From: Rhynchobatus australiae
Lineage: Eukaryota
DNA length: 64,000 nt
Assembly (NCBI GenBank): GCA_034780895.1
Contig: JAUZTB010000074.1
Span: 14,899,260-14,963,259 of the forward strand
Reading direction: 5' to 3'
Under the pieces are notes generated by a model. The model was not told the origin of the DNA and made no database searches. It was given only the letters and a program-made list of their open reading frames with translations. Position numbers and translations under genes: made by a program. Shown one piece after another: positions 50,487-64,000 of the stretch. Positions within the stretch are counted from its first letter, which is position 1. Each line of letters opens with the position of its first letter.

Positions 50487-53400
50487 CTGTAAAGAACAAA
50501 GAGAAGTCTACTTAATGCACAAGATATCTATGTAATCCTTTTATTAGCTATCACTGTTTTAATGCATACAGATGTTTAAATGAAGAAACTCAAAATACTA
50601 AATAATGCCAATGGCTGTAGATAGCAGTTCAGCAAGTTCTTGAAGCTCGGTGAACATAAAACTCTCCACTCATAATAAGGGTTAATCATGAACAATTGGC
50701 ACAGGACAAAACTGTAAGGAACTGACAAGGATTATTTGTGTCCATGCCAGCTGTTTGTGATAATTAAAATAAGCAAAGATATTTTCTAGGAACTCTTAAA
50801 TCAAAAATACAAGTTTTCCTAATGTATTCCTTTGCCATATTCCACTTCAGGTGGCATTTAGACTTGACTCTCAGTTGACACTGAAGAATGTAAAAGCGAT
50901 CAATCATAAAAGCCCTTGTTCCTTCTTTAAATGCAATAATGTCTACATCCCATCACACACAAGGAAGGATTCATGATGAATCTACAGTAGGTCCTNNNNN
51001 NNNNNNNNNNNNNNNNNNNNNNNNNNNNNNNNNNNNNNNNNNNNNNNNNNNNNNNNNNNNNNNNNNNNNNNNNNNNNNNNNNNNNNNNNNNNNNNNNNNN
51101 NNNNNNNNNNNNNNNNNNNNNNNNNNNNNNNNNNNNNNNNNNNNNNNNNNNNNNNNNNNNNNNNNNNNNNNNNNNNNNNNNNNNNNNNNNNNNNNNNNNN
51201 NNNNNNNNNNNNNNNNNNNNNNNNNNNNNNNNNNNNNNNNNNNNNNNNNNNNNNNNNNNNNNNNNNNNNNNNNNNNNNNNNNNNNNNNNNNNNNNNNNNN
51301 NNNNNNNNNNNNNNNNNNNNNNAATTCAGGAATGAGTCTAAGAGTTGTTCATAAATCCATTAGTACTACTAATGGAGTTGTCACAGTTTACAGGTTTCCT
51401 GAATATTTCCACTATTTTTCTTGGATACTCCAAATAATGTTATCAACAGCATTTCATGAAGTTCAGGCCATAAATTGTCACAACATGGTGGTATTCAGTC
51501 ATGGCAACATTTTTATGTTATCAGTAATTGAATATAAATATTGTTAAAGTCTTTCAAATGCACTTTACTTAAATGGCAGATATTCTGGATTATATAGATG
51601 TTTTTTCAAACTTTAACATGAAGAGTAACTAATAGCATGGTGTCTTTTGTCGCTCTAATTTTTTAGGTCACTTGGCCAACTGTGTAATGTGTCCTCCATA
51701 TCTGAAAACGCAAGGTTAATTCATTCCCTGCCTCTCCCCATAAGTTTTTGGGCAACAAGCAGGAAGGAGGTTAGTACGAAGTGAATCTGTTTTCCAGTTG
51801 TTTATTAACAGCAGGATCCAACAATTGTGGTATCCCAGTACTATTTGTGATTTGCCACAATTCCTTACAAAACCACTGGCTACTGGGCATTAGCCTTGGC
51901 TTGTGATAGCCACCTTTATTCATAAGGAGATGGTGGGATCAAGCCCTACTCCTCAGGTTCCAACCTATGTGGAGCACAGGAGGAAAAAAAGGGTGAATTT
52001 CCCTATTGTAGGTGTCACCTGTTCAGCTATTCATTAAATCAAGCATGCCTTGCTGAGTGCAGTAACTTCCTTAAAGTTATTACCGACATCACCAAGAATT
52101 GATTATTTAGTCATTTATCCGACAGCTATCTGTGACACGTTGATATGCCACAATTTCTTACATAACCACAGTGACTAACTCCATTGGCCATGAAATGTTT
52201 TGGGATATTGAGGTTATGCAGGTTATTAAGATTATTGCCATTAAATGAATGTGCTGGAAGATTGCTGCAGTAGTGCATGAGTGACATTTTTCAGTTGTGA
52301 CTCCCCACCCTTACCCATCGCAAAATCAGCCATGCCCAAGACCAAAAGTCATTCCACTTTTCCGCAACATAAAATGTGCCCCAAAAGGGCCATGGCTGGT
52401 TCCAGGGAAAAGTGGGGAATCAATGGTAGGGAGGATTAAAGATTAGTTACCAGGGGATGAAGATTGGGTTGGGTCATAGAGTCAAGGAGTAATACAACAT
52501 GGACCAGGCCCTTTGGCCCAACTTGTCCATGCCAACATGTTGCCCACAAAACTAGTCCCATTTGCCCACGTTTGGTCCCTATCCCTCAAAACCATTGAGG
52601 AAGGTAAGTGACAATGGATATTGGCAAGTGGTGGGATGGTTCTGCAATGAGAATCTGAGCCTTGCTTGGGTGTGGGTTCAGGTCAGGGGAGTTGTGGGGA
52701 AGAAATCACCAAGGATGAGAAGGACAGGGTCTTCGAGTCAACAGGAGGGGAATGAGGATGAACTGTTGCTTTCATCTTTGGGGGGGGGGGAGGGGTCAAT
52801 GGTTCTTGGGTGTGTAGTGAAAAGGCCATGGCACAAAGAGGGGCTTGGAACCTCAGTGGGACAGGAGGGTAGGGCCTGGCTTTGGGTTGAGGTTGAGATG
52901 GAAGATAGGACCAACTGAATCAAAGTAGGAGGCTTTACACAGGACCCAATCCAGCACTGCTGCAGCAAAACATGGGTTGTCTAAGGAATGACAAACTATG
53001 GTTGCTCCTGGGGCAATTTACTCTAAGCTCACTATGCAATGGTCTAAAAGCCCTGCACAGGGAATGACAACATCCTGAGTGCAATTGAAGCAGAAATAAG
53101 TTGTGCAAGGGTGATAAACACTGGCAAGATCCCTGTTATATTTCTGGAGTCATGCAAGAAGGTTCCAGAAATGGTTGTTAATGTGTTTTACTCGTTAGTT
53201 TTCAATGGTGCGGTGCTGAAAAGAACTGTTGTGATGCATTTTCTCTCTGGAGTGCTTGCCATTCCTTCACATTCATAATGGCACCTTGGCTCTTCTGAAT
53301 ACTTCATTTGTCAGTTCTCCAACAGTTAAACAACACTCTGCCTTTCTACATTTCCTATCGGTGGATAACCTCCACACATTGCATTTCATCTGCTGCATCC

Positions 53401-53724
53401 AAACCCACTCATTGAACTGCTGTATCTCTTTGTAATCTTCTTGCAACCTTCTCACAGATTACTTTCTCACCCAGCTCTGTATCCTTTGCCAACCTGGATG
53501 CACTTGTCTCCCACTTCTCAGCTAAGTTATTGATATAGATTGTAAATATCCAAGCAATGATCTTGATGTTGTCTTAGCAGTTTTTTTTCTTGATCCGTTG
53601 GCCAACGCTCAATCCGTTAGGCTGAATCTCACAGGGCCTACTTCAGTGTTTCAACTTCTTGTGCAGTATCTTGGAAGCTTTCTAAAATTCTAACACATTG
53701 TATGTCTGGTTTCTCTTTAACCAG

Positions 53725-53977
53725 CATTTAAGAGTCAAAACTGTGTTTATTGTCATCTGCACAAATACATGTATGCACAAGTGCAATGAAAAACTCACTT
53801 GCAGCAGCATCACAGGCACATTGCATCAGATAAGCAGCATTCAAAACAAAAGCATAAATTATACACAATTTTTACAAGGAAAAGAATAATTACAAGAATG
53901 CAATTTAAAAAAAAGTCCATTTTAATGCAAAGTGATCAAAGTAGTCAGTTTTGCTAAACTGTCGTGATTAGAGTTGT
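53725..53977 (-). mobile_element. Rex1-like LINE 3' UTR
   Basis: Similar to 12400-12640 (gtttattgtca...acttgcagcagcatcacag...taaattatacacaattttt). Confidence 0.65.
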
Positions 53978-54199
53978 NNNNNNNNNNNNNNNNNNNNNNN
54001 NNNNNNNNNNNNNNNNNNNNNNNNNNNNNNNNNNNNNNNNNNNNNNNNNNNNNNNNNNNNNNNNNNNNNNNNNNNNNAACAAAAGAAGTCTGTGAACAGG
54101 GGGTGGAGGCCAGAAGAGATTAAATGCCGAAGTGGTGTTCTTGCTACCTAAAAGAGGAGCTATTAATAGGAAATGACACATAAAATTTAAACAAAATTG

Positions 54200-54530
54200 C
54201 TGGAAATGGAAGTGCAAGACTGGAAGGGCTGAAATGATCAAGTTCGATGTTCAGTCCAGTAGGCTTTTAATGCATGAGGTGCTGATCCCTGAGCTTATAT
54301 TAAGCTTTACTGGAACAGTGCAGGAGGACAAAGACAATGAGATCACAGCAGGAGTAGAATGGAGTATTAAAGAAACAGGCAACTGGAAGTTAAGGGTCGC
54401 TCTCGTAGAGTGAACGAAGGCACTCTGCAAAACAGTCAATGTTTCCCCAAGTAGGGCAGACTATATCATAAGCAGCAAATGCAATATGCTAAATTGGATA
54501 CAGTACAACTAAAATAAAAGTCACTGGAAT
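54200..54530 (-). mobile_element. Old Penelope-like GIY-YIG fragment
   Basis: Reverse complement resembles the VAxHFNS...LEEQHLIFRL region of the 60.7-63 kb element. Confidence 0.55.
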
Positions 54531-54899
54531 GATGTATGTATATATTCATGCCTATGTGTGCCTGATGCTGGCATGTTGGAATAGATAGGTTATATTCTAA
54601 TTCAACATTAGATTTCAACATTCTGTAAAGAGTTGAACTAATATTTCATAGACAAAAAAAAATTACTCACGTTAACTTTTTCTTTGGCAACATTCTAGTC
54701 AGTCTGATTATCTGAAAACCTTTGTGCTCAGTAATAGTTTGAACTTGAACTAGGGTAGCTATATTTAATGCCAATAACATCAAACTGTAAAGAGTAAATA
54801 GAAAAAGCTTGGAAAATCACTCTTTCCACTGATATAGAATTAGTTATTTGCAGTTCAATGCTGAAATTAATGGCATTAAATTTTAGAAGGAGGAAAATG

Positions 54900-56180
54900 A
54901 AATTAGGAAGTCAGAGCAGAGTGGGCTCGCTCCACTATTCAATAAAATCATGTATGACCTGATTGTAACCTCAACTTCATATTCCTAACAACCCTCAATA
55001 ATCTTTCAGCCCTTGCTTATCAAACTTCTACCTACTTCTGCCTTAAGGACATCAAAGGAATCTACTTCCACCCTTTCATGGTGAGTTCCAATGACTCATG
55101 ACCCTCAGAGGAAAAAAATATTTTCTATCTTAAATGGGTGACGTTGTTAATTTTTAAGCTGTGACTCGAATTCTGCACTCTTGCACAAGAGAAAGCATCT
55201 CCCCACATTCACCGTGTCAGCTTTTTATTCAAGTCACTTCTAAACTCCAGCAAGTTCAAACCCAGCCTGCCAATTCCATTAGTCTAAAAAACCTCTGCTG
55301 AATGGCCTCCAGTGTATTAAAATCCTTCCTCAACTAAAGAAACCAATACCATACATGTACTCCAGATAGAGGCTTACCAATGCTCTATTAACTGAAGCAT
55401 AAAGCCCCTCATCTTTGTGTTCAATTCCTCCAGCAATAAACAAGAACTTTGTTAGTTTTCCTAATTACTTGCAGTACCTCCATACCAGCTTTTCACAAAT
55501 CATGCACATACCTGTAGCATCTCAAAGCTCTGCAATCTTTCACCACTTTGACAATGTTCTTTCTTATTTTTCCTGTCAAAATGGACAATTTCATAGTTTC
55601 CTACTTTATAGTCCACTTGCTAGATCTTTGACCACTCCCTCAACTTTATAGATAGTCTTTGTAGCCTCCTTATGTCCACTTCACAACTTGCCTTCCTAAC
55701 CACGGTTATGTCATCTGCAAATTTAGCAACATTATCTTCAGTGCCTTCATCAAGTGATTCACATAAATTATAAAAGTTGAGTATACAGCAACAATCCCTT
55801 TAGCACATCACTTATTACATCTTGCCCAGCAAAGACCCATTTATGTCTGCTCTCAGTTTCTTGTCAGTCAGCCGATCTTCTGTCCACAACAACATGTTAC
55901 CTTCTACACCATGTGCTTTTGTTTTCTGCAATAATCTCTGATACGACATCTTATCAAATGTCTTCTGGAAATCTATATCCATCATTTCCTCTTTATCCAC
56001 ACAAATTCCTATAAATTGGTCAGAATGATTTCCCTTTCAGAAAATCGTGTGGACCTTGAATGATACCCTTCATTTTCTATGTGCCTTCATAATACCTTTA
56101 ACATTAGCATCTAAGGTATTCCCTATGACAGATGTTAAGTTAACTGGCCTGCAAGTTCCTGCTTTCTGTCTCCCTTCTGA
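54900..56180 (-). mobile_element. CR1 LINE fragment (RT to 3' end)
   Basis: Minus ORF DIDFQKTFDKMSYQRLLQKTKAHGVEGN; antisense of KFADD (gtcatctgcaaattt); NxRPVNLTSVIG. Confidence 0.8.
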
Positions 56181-56289
56181 TAATAGTGCTTTGAAGACAA
56201 GCCTAAATTATCCAGTTATGTCCAATCCATAAAAAGAATCCAATCTGACCAATTATTGCTTGTCTACACTTTAATCATCAGCTGAGTGA

Positions 56290-56594
56290 TAGAAAGTGTA
56301 GTTGACTGCCAGTTAGTAACACTTGGTTACCAATGACTAGTTTAGGTTTCACTAGGACCATTCAGCTCCAGCCATCATCGCAATCTTGATCCAAGAATGG
56401 ACTATAATGTGGAATTCAAGGTGAGGCGGGAGTGACATTGAAACAAGATGGTAAAATTGAAGTCAATGGCCATGAAGGGAAAAACACTCAGGTGGATTGA
56501 GGCATCGGGATGTGGTTATTGGAGATTAACCATCTCAACTACAAGTCATTGCTGCAGGAATTCCTCAAAGTGGTGTCCTAGACCCAACTGTCTT
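56290..56594 (+). mobile_element. CR1/L2-superfamily LINE RT fragment
   Basis: VKLKSMAMKGKTLRWIEA...IAAGIPQSGVLDPT, decayed GVPQGSVLGP. Confidence 0.6.
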
Positions 56595-59500
56595 NNNNNN
56601 NNNNNNNNNNNNNNNNNNNNNNNNNNNNNNNNNNNNNNNNNNNNNNNNNNNNNNNNNNNNNNNNNNNNNNNNNNNNNNNNNNNNNNNNNNNNNNNNNNNN
56701 NNNNNNNNNNNNNNNNNNNNNNNNNNNNNNNNNNNNNNNNNNNNNNNNNNNNNNNNNNNNNNNNNNNNNNNNNNNNNNNNNNNNNNNNNNNNNNNNNNNN
56801 NNNNNNNNNNNNNNNNNNNNNNNNNNNNNNNNNNNNNNNNNNNNNNNNNNNNNNNNNNNNNNNNNNNNNNNNNNNNNNNNNNNNNNNNNNNNNNNNNNNN
56901 NNNNNNNNNNNNNNNNNNNNNNNNNNNNNNNNNNNNNNNNNNNNNNNNNNNNNNNNNNNNNNNNNNNNNNNNNNNNNNNNNNNNNNNNNNNNNNNNNNNN
57001 NNNNNNNNNNNNNNNNNNNNNNNNNNNNNNNNNNNNNNNNNNNNNNNNNNNNNNNNNNNNNNNNNNNNNNNNNNNNNNNNNNNNNNNNNNNNNNNNNNNN
57101 NNNNNNNNNNNNNNNNNNNNNNNNNNNNNNNNNNNNNNNNNNNNNNNNNNNNNNNNNNNNNNNNNNNNNNNNNNNNNNNNNNNNNNNNNNNNNNNNNNNN
57201 NNNNNNNNNNNNNNNNNNNNNNNNNNNNNNNNNNNNNNNNNNNNNNNNNNNNNNNNNNNNNNNNNNNNNNNNNNNNNNNNNNNNNNNNNNNNNNNNNNNN
57301 NNNNNNNNNNNNNNNNNNNNNNNNNNNNNNNNNNNNNNNNNNNNNNNNNNNNNNNNNNNNNNNNNNNNNNNGCCATTTCTTACAAATGTGGACCTGCCAT
57401 AATATGAAATTTGCTTTGGTAGCATCAGTTATTCCTGTTAGGTTATCAGAATGCCTGATGTTGACAAATGAATTTTACATCACATCCATATCTATATTTC
57501 TCCAAATCTCTTTGAAGGGAGATCAAACAAACAAGGTTTCAGTTCATGTTAACTGAACAAAGGACAACAGTTATGATGAATTTAATTATTTATTTCAATC
57601 AATATAATTTGTCTTAGCATAATAATAGAGTGAACATAACAAACAACCTGATATTATTTAACTTAAACAGAATAGGCTAGGACAGTGCTTCTTTGTTATA
57701 CAGACTTGTGGCTTTTTCTGAGCCCTCTTCACCGAAAACAAACAAAAAGTTGTTTTACAAAACAATTACTATCAGGTTCTTTCACTGATTACCCAGAAAT
57801 TTGCATATTATTTAACTGAGGGGGAATATCTTCCATCTTGAAGTCTTTTCCAAAGGTTGAGAGAAAACACTCCTGCTAAAATAAAATTAAGGGAACTAAA
57901 CTTTTTAAATTCTGTTGAAAAGTATGCAAGACTTTCAAGTAATTACCATTCAATTGCACACACTTTATTTTAAAATGTAGCCAAAAGAGATAGCTGATGA
58001 CCAATGAGATGAAAAGAGTATTTTTAGTGTATGAGCATTTGCCATGTCATTGAGAGATCTCCTTTCCTTTCTTGGATCTGTGCAATCTACCAGAATCAGC
58101 TGAAGAGAAAGACAAGCCTTGATTTAACATTCTATCTAAACTATAACAGATCAAAGAATGCAGCGTTTTCAGAATAATTCAGAGAAATGTCATCGAAACC
58201 ATATGTTCAAATCTTAAAGAAGTGCTTGAACTCAGAACTTCTTAAGCGTAAAGAAGAGAAAACCAACTGAGAAAACTAACATGAACTAATTGTTGCAGAG
58301 CATGAAATGTGCAATTTTTGTTCAAAACTTTATATGGCAACTGCACTCAAAATAATCAGAATTAATTTATTGAAGACAATTATTGAATACAGTCATTTGT
58401 ATTACAGGTATTAAGTATATGCTCTTGGCAAGAATAAGCACTATTCATGAAGTAGTTTTTAAATTTGTCACTTCTGTTATCAGTGCACTGTTAAGAAATA
58501 GTTACTATTTACTCTGGCAAACATTTCATTCATGTGAAAAAGACAGTTGATGTTTTCTGTGCAGCATTCACAGCTTGGTTACATGCTAAACGCTGCACAA
58601 CTTCAGGACAGTCAGTGACAATAACACTGTGTCNNNNNNNNNNNNNNNNNNNNNNNNNNNNNNNNNNNNNNNNNNNNNNNNNNNNNNNNNNNNNNNNNNN
58701 NNNNNNNNNNNNNNNNNNNNNNNNNNNNNNNNNNNNNNNNNNNNNNNNNNNNNNNNNNNNNNNNNNNNNNNNNNNNNNNNNNNNNNNNNNNNNNNNNNNN
58801 NNNNNNNNNNNNNNNNNNNNNNNNNNNNNNNNNNNNNNNNNNNNNNNNNNNNNNNNNNNNNNNNNNNNNNNNNNNNNNNNNNNNNNNNNNNNNNNNNNNN
58901 NNNNNNNNNNNNNNNNNNNNNNNNNNNNNNNNNNNNNNNNNNNNNNNNNNNNNNNNNNNNNNNNNNNNNNNNNNNNNNNNNNNNNNNNNNNNNNNNNNNN
59001 NNNNNNNNNNNNNNNNNNNNNNNNNNNNNNNNNNNNNNNNNNNNNNNNNNNNNNNNNNNNNNNNNNNNNNNNNNNNNNNNNNNNNNNNNNNNNNNNNNNN
59101 NNNNNNNNNNNNNNNNNNNNNNNNNNNNNNNNNNNNNNNNNNNNNNNNNNNNNNNNNNNNNNNNNNNNNNNNNNNNNNNNNNNNNNNNNNNNNNNNNNNN
59201 NNNNNNNNNNNNNNNNNNNNNNNNNNNNNNNNNNNNNNNNNNNNNNNNNNNNNNNNNNNNNNNNNNNNNNNNNNNNNNNNNNNNNNNNNNNNNNNNNNNN
59301 NNNNNNNNNNNNNNNNNNNNNNNNNNNNNNNNNNNNNNNNNNNNNNNNNNNNNNNNNNNNNNNNNNNNNNNNNNNNNNNNNNNNNNNNNNNNNNNNNNNN
59401 NNNNNNNNNNNNNNNNNNNNNNNNNNNNNNNNNNNNNNNNNNNNNNNNNNNNNNNNNNNNNNNNNNNNNNNNNNNNNNNNNNNNNNNNNNNNNNNNNNNN

Positions 59501-60739
59501 NNNNNNNNNNNNNNNNNNNNNNNNNNNNNNNNNNNNNNNNNNNNNNNNNNNNNNNNNNNNNNNNNNNNNNNNNNNNNNNNNNNNNAAAATAATCAGCTTA
59601 TGTCACAGTAACATAAAGTCTTCAGAGTCAAAAATATGAATTTTCTTTTCAAATACAACTTGTAACATAATATAATATTTAATTACACTTCACTTGTACC
59701 AGACACTAGTCATTAGTGCATCAAAAGTGGACTAATTGTATTTTGAGGGAGTGGGAAAGAGATTCTGTTTAAACAAAAAATAGTTCATTTTTGACAGAGC
59801 TTTTCTTAGAAGTTGGAAATAGTAGTTTACACTTTCTAGAAGCTGCTAATGATTTTAAACATACATTTGAAACTGGAACAAACATTTCAAAATGTTTATA
59901 GGGGGAAAAAAAAATCAGGAAAAAAAATTAACCAATGTCCCAATACGTTCAAGTGATTTCAAGACAATGTAAGAGAACAATAAACAGCAACAGAAAGCAA
60001 ATATAAAAAAGTCTCTCTTTATCTATTTTATCCTATAAGAAAATACATAACACGTGAAACTGAGTTACCTCAGTGACAATCTTGATAGTAGGAGAGGAAA
60101 AAGCTGGGTTGCTAGGCACAAGTGCTGGATGGGTTTCTTACAAACAAAGCACAAATCAGCTAGCTCCTACATGCTGATGTAATTGTGAATGTAGGCAGCT
60201 GGGAATATTTAGTCTCAAACACAACACACCCTGTGTATCACTACTGTGTTTATTATTATTTAACATTAACTTATGTCGTCTGATGACATGCCTTAAGTTT
60301 AAAATTCAAAGCATTTTATCTAGTTACAGTATCACACTAATCAAACAAGTTAAATTCACACAATTCTTTTAAATGCTCTTTCATTAACAGAGCACTTGAT
60401 ACCACTATGACCTCAGGTGAACCTCAATGCAACAAATGTCTTGCTCCAAAACATTGCGTTTCCAAGCACTCCACCTAAATGGAAGCATCGAGTTGGCCAT
60501 AGGATAGTGTTCATAATGGTATCACAGATCTCCATGAACTCTATAGCAACAGCAGTCTTCTGTTTAATCAAATCAATCCACTTAATGCACACAAGACAGA
60601 AGTGAGGAATACGAGTATCCTACTAATGTGAAAGGTTAAGGAGGATGACGAAAGAGAAAGCTTGAACAGAGTTGGTTTTAAGGATGATCTTAATGGGGGT
60701 TAAAGAAACAGAGATTTAGGTAGGGAATTCCTTAGGCAG

Positions 60740-62979
60740 CATGTCCAGAAAAACTGAAAGAACAGCAAATGAAAAAACATTAGCTGCACGTCTCCGGCCA
60801 ACTTCTTTGGCAAGGATTCTGATGACCACTTCTCCCACCTTAAGCCCTCTTCCTCCTCTTGGACACCTCTTCCTGGCCTTCTGCCTGCTCTGGATCTCTT
60901 CATCTCTAACTGCTGATGGGACATTAACTGTCTCAACTTCACCATTCCCTCACCTATTCCAACCTCACCCCTTTTGAATGCACTGCCCTCCACACCAACC
61001 CTAATATCACTATCAAACCCGCACACAAGGGTGGTGCAGTTGTAGTCTGGCAGACTGACCTTTACGTTGCCAAGGCCAGACGTCAACTCTCGGATGTCTC
61101 CTCTTACTTATCCCTCAACCTGGACCCCACCAAGGAGCATCAGGCCATTGTCTCCTGCACTATCACTGACCTCATCACCTCCGGATTGCTCGTTTCTACC
61201 TTCTACCCAAGATTCACAAACCCAACAGCCCCGGTAGGCCCATTGTTTCTGCCTGCTCCTGCCCCACCGAACTTGTGTCCTCATATATTAATTCCATTTT
61301 GTCTCCCTTGGTTCAGTCCCTTCCTACCTACATCTGTGACACTTCACATGCTCTCTATCACTTCAATAACTTCCATTTCCCCGGAACTGACCGCCTCATT
61401 TTCACCAAGTACGTCAAGTCTCTGTACACTTCCATCCCCCGTCATGAAGGCCTTAAAGCTCTCATTTTTCTCCCTCGATAACGGACCAAACCAGTTCCCC
61501 ACCACCACCCTCTTCCATCTGGCGGAACTGGCAACTTCTCTTTCGGCTCCTCCCACTTTCTCCAAACTAAAGGTGCAGCCATGGGTGCTCGCATGGGCCC
61601 CAGCTATGCCTGGCACTTTGTTGGCTACTTATCCCTGTTCCAAGCCTACATTGGTAACGCTCCCCAACTCTTTCTCCACTACACTGACAACTGCATTGGG
61701 GCCATTTCCTGCGCCCGTGCTGATCTTGTCAATTTCATCAACTTTGCCTCCAAATTTCACCCTGCCCTCAGATTCACTTGGTCCACCTCTGATACCTCTC
61801 CCCCCTTAAGGCCTCTGCATCTCTATCTCCAGAGACAGATTAACCACAGACATCTTCTACAAACCCACTGACTCCCACAGTTACCTTAACTACACTTCTT
61901 CCCACCCTGTCACTTGTAAGGATGCCATCTCCTTTTCCCAGTTCCTCTGCCACATCTGTTCCATGATGATGCTTTCCATTCTACGATATCAGAGATGTCC
62001 TTCTTTTTCAGTAACTGGGGTTTCGTTTCCCTTCCATCACCATCAATGCTGCCCTTACCCATATCTCCTCAACTTCTTGCACGTCTGCCCTCACCCCCCC
62101 CACCCCCAACATAAGATGAACAGGCTTCCCCTTGTCCTCACCTACCACCCCACGTGCCTCCGTATCCAACACTTCATTCTCTGCAATTTCTGCCACCTCC
62201 AACAGGATCCTACCACCAGGCACATCATCCCCTCACCCTGCTTTCTGAAGGAAGCATTCTCTCCACGACTCCCTTGTTCACTCGTCCCTCCCCACTGATA
62301 ACTTCCCTGGCACTTATGCCTGCAANNNNNNNNNNAAGTATTACACCTGCCCTTACACATCCTCCCTCACCACCATTCAGGGTCCCAAACAATCCTTCTG
62401 GGTGAGGCAGCGCTTGACTTGCGAGTCCGAGGATGTCATTTATTGCATCTGGTGCTCCCGGTGCAGCCTCCTGTACATCGGTGAGACCCGATATAGACTG
62501 TGACCACTTCGTCAAGCACCTTTGGTCTGTCTGCCACAACAGCCAGGAGCTCGCAGTGGCCACCCACTTCAATTCCACATCCCACTCCCATACTGACATG
62601 TCTATCTATGGCCTCCTCTACTACCACGTTGAGGCCAGACGCAGGTTGGAGGAACAACACCTCATATTCCGCCTTGAGAGTCTCCAACCTGACGGCCTCA
62701 ACATTGATTTCTCTAACTTCTGATAACCCCATCCCTTCTTTTTCTTCCCCCCTACTCCTTTGTCTTCCCTTATTCCTGTGGCTCCCTTCCCCCACCTTGA
62801 TGGCCTGCCCATCTTCTCCCCTCTGCCATCCTTTATTTCATGGTCAACTGCTTTCTCCCACCAGATTCCTCCTTCTTCAGCCCTTTCCCTCTTCTACCTA
62901 TCACCTCTCAGCTTATTACATCTTCTCACCCCTCTCCACCCCCTCACCTGTACTCACCCATCACCTGAACTTGCCCTTC
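60740..62979 (+). mobile_element. Degenerate Penelope-like retroelement (Poseidon-type): RT plus GIY-YIG endonuclease
   Basis: Frameshifted fragments DRLIFTKYVKSLYTSIPRHEGLKAL, (A)MGARMGPSYA, LFLHYTDNCIG (decayed YIDD), YKPTDSH, VIYCIWCSRCSLLYIGET, VATHFNSTSHSHTDM...RRLEEQHLIFRLESLQPDGLNIDFSNF; then a pyrimidine-rich 3' region running into a gap. Confidence 0.92.
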
Positions 62980-64000
62980 NNNNNNNNNNNNNNNNNNNNN
63001 NNNNNNNNNNNNNNNNNNNNNNNNNNNNNNNNNNNNNNNNNNNNNNNNNNNNNNNNNNNNNNNNNNNNNNNNNNNNNNNNNNNNNNNNNNNNNNNNNNNN
63101 NNNNNNNNNNNNNNNNNNNNNNNNNNNNNNNNNNNNNNNNNNNNNNNNNNNNNNNNNNNNNNNNNAATTTTGTGTCTCTCCTTCGCTGTATAAATACCTG
63201 GACTCAGAACAGACATGGGCAGGGTTCAAATGAAGTAGCAGAGAGAACTAGGACAGCTACTTATTCCTTGGATCATAAGTACCACAGTTACAGGGTTTTA
63301 TTTTTAAATTCAAACCCTCATCAGCAAATCACACTGGAATACTTAGATATAAATACATTCCAATTACTGAGTAAAGTGGATTTGAAATGTACAATTTTAT
63401 ATATTTTAGTCATTTTCAGTATCAACTTGTATCACGCCGCACTTATTTACCCAATGGACTTACATTGGAAGTGAACAACTGCAGTGGCAGTTTTAAGATG
63501 TGTATTAAAAATGCATAAATATAACATCTTGAAATCCTAAAATTAATAAAAATTACACAAATATGACCTCAGTTCACAGTTCATGGAAGAAACTCAAAGC
63601 ATTTTTAATGCAGACACTCATCAGCCAGCTCCTTTGTCCGTTCTGCAGTATTACTGACAGTAGTTTTATGAAGCCTTTCAAAACAAAATATACTCAGCAT
63701 CAGCATGTGCAGTACATCCTATACTGCCAAAAATAAAATTAATGTAAACAGATGATAAAGTGAATTTTAACAGAGTTGCAAATTGTAGAAAAATACTAAG
63801 AACTCTATGCTAAAAACCATATTTGATTTGCTTACATGTTACCATGTAATGACTGAATTCAAATTTTTGCTTGGAAAATTTAAAAACTACTTTTAAAACT
63901 CAATAGATATAGTTCTAGAATTCTACTTGCTCTCCAAACTAAAAACTTACATGTTCACAATAAATGAGAAAAAAAATGTTTGGCATATACTGATTACCAG

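Noticed and set aside
52562-52968. GC-richer ORF pair (118 aa / 76 aa)
   Set aside because: Starts in a CR1 tail and crosses a poly-G tract; no recognisable domain or splice structure.
56448-59639. Very long ORFs in the track (e.g. 56448-57407, 58534-59592; also 39796-40749, 17686-18342, 11364-12071)
   Set aside because: They are open only because they run through N gaps.
61186-63474. 207-aa and 324-aa Pro/Ser/Leu-rich ORFs as possible novel genes
   Set aside because: Alternative frames of the C-rich decayed Penelope element; one also spans a gap.

Overview
Eukaryotic genomic DNA with many N gaps. The repeat content (V-SINE, Deu-SINE/SacSINE1-like, CR1, Rex1-like, RTE, L2 and Penelope/Poseidon-type elements) points to a cartilaginous fish, probably a ray or shark; this is an inference. 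Two intron-containing genes lie in tandem on the minus strand. ARPP19 is complete: 3 coding exons, 117 aa, Greatwall site S67, PKA site S109, and a CpG-island promoter with NRF1, CRE and ZNF143-type motifs. ATOSA/FAM214A has 11 recognisable coding exons from 50486 down to 19400; its short first coding exon was not found in the window. The order matches human 15q21. Main oddities: (1) a ~1.05-kb unidentified segment with stop codons interrupts the large ATOSA exon next to a 100-N gap; (2) ARPP19 intron 2 has a GC donor, together with a KGQK-to-KDPK change beside the Greatwall phosphosite; (3) short Penelope-derived fold-back elements, one with a hammerhead-ribozyme-like core; (4) a ~100-bp templated duplication with a hairpin/direct-repeat junction flanks an ATOSA exon. 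No prokaryotic-type systems (CRISPR, operons), rRNA or intact tRNA genes were seen. Repeat boundaries are approximate, from manual reading.
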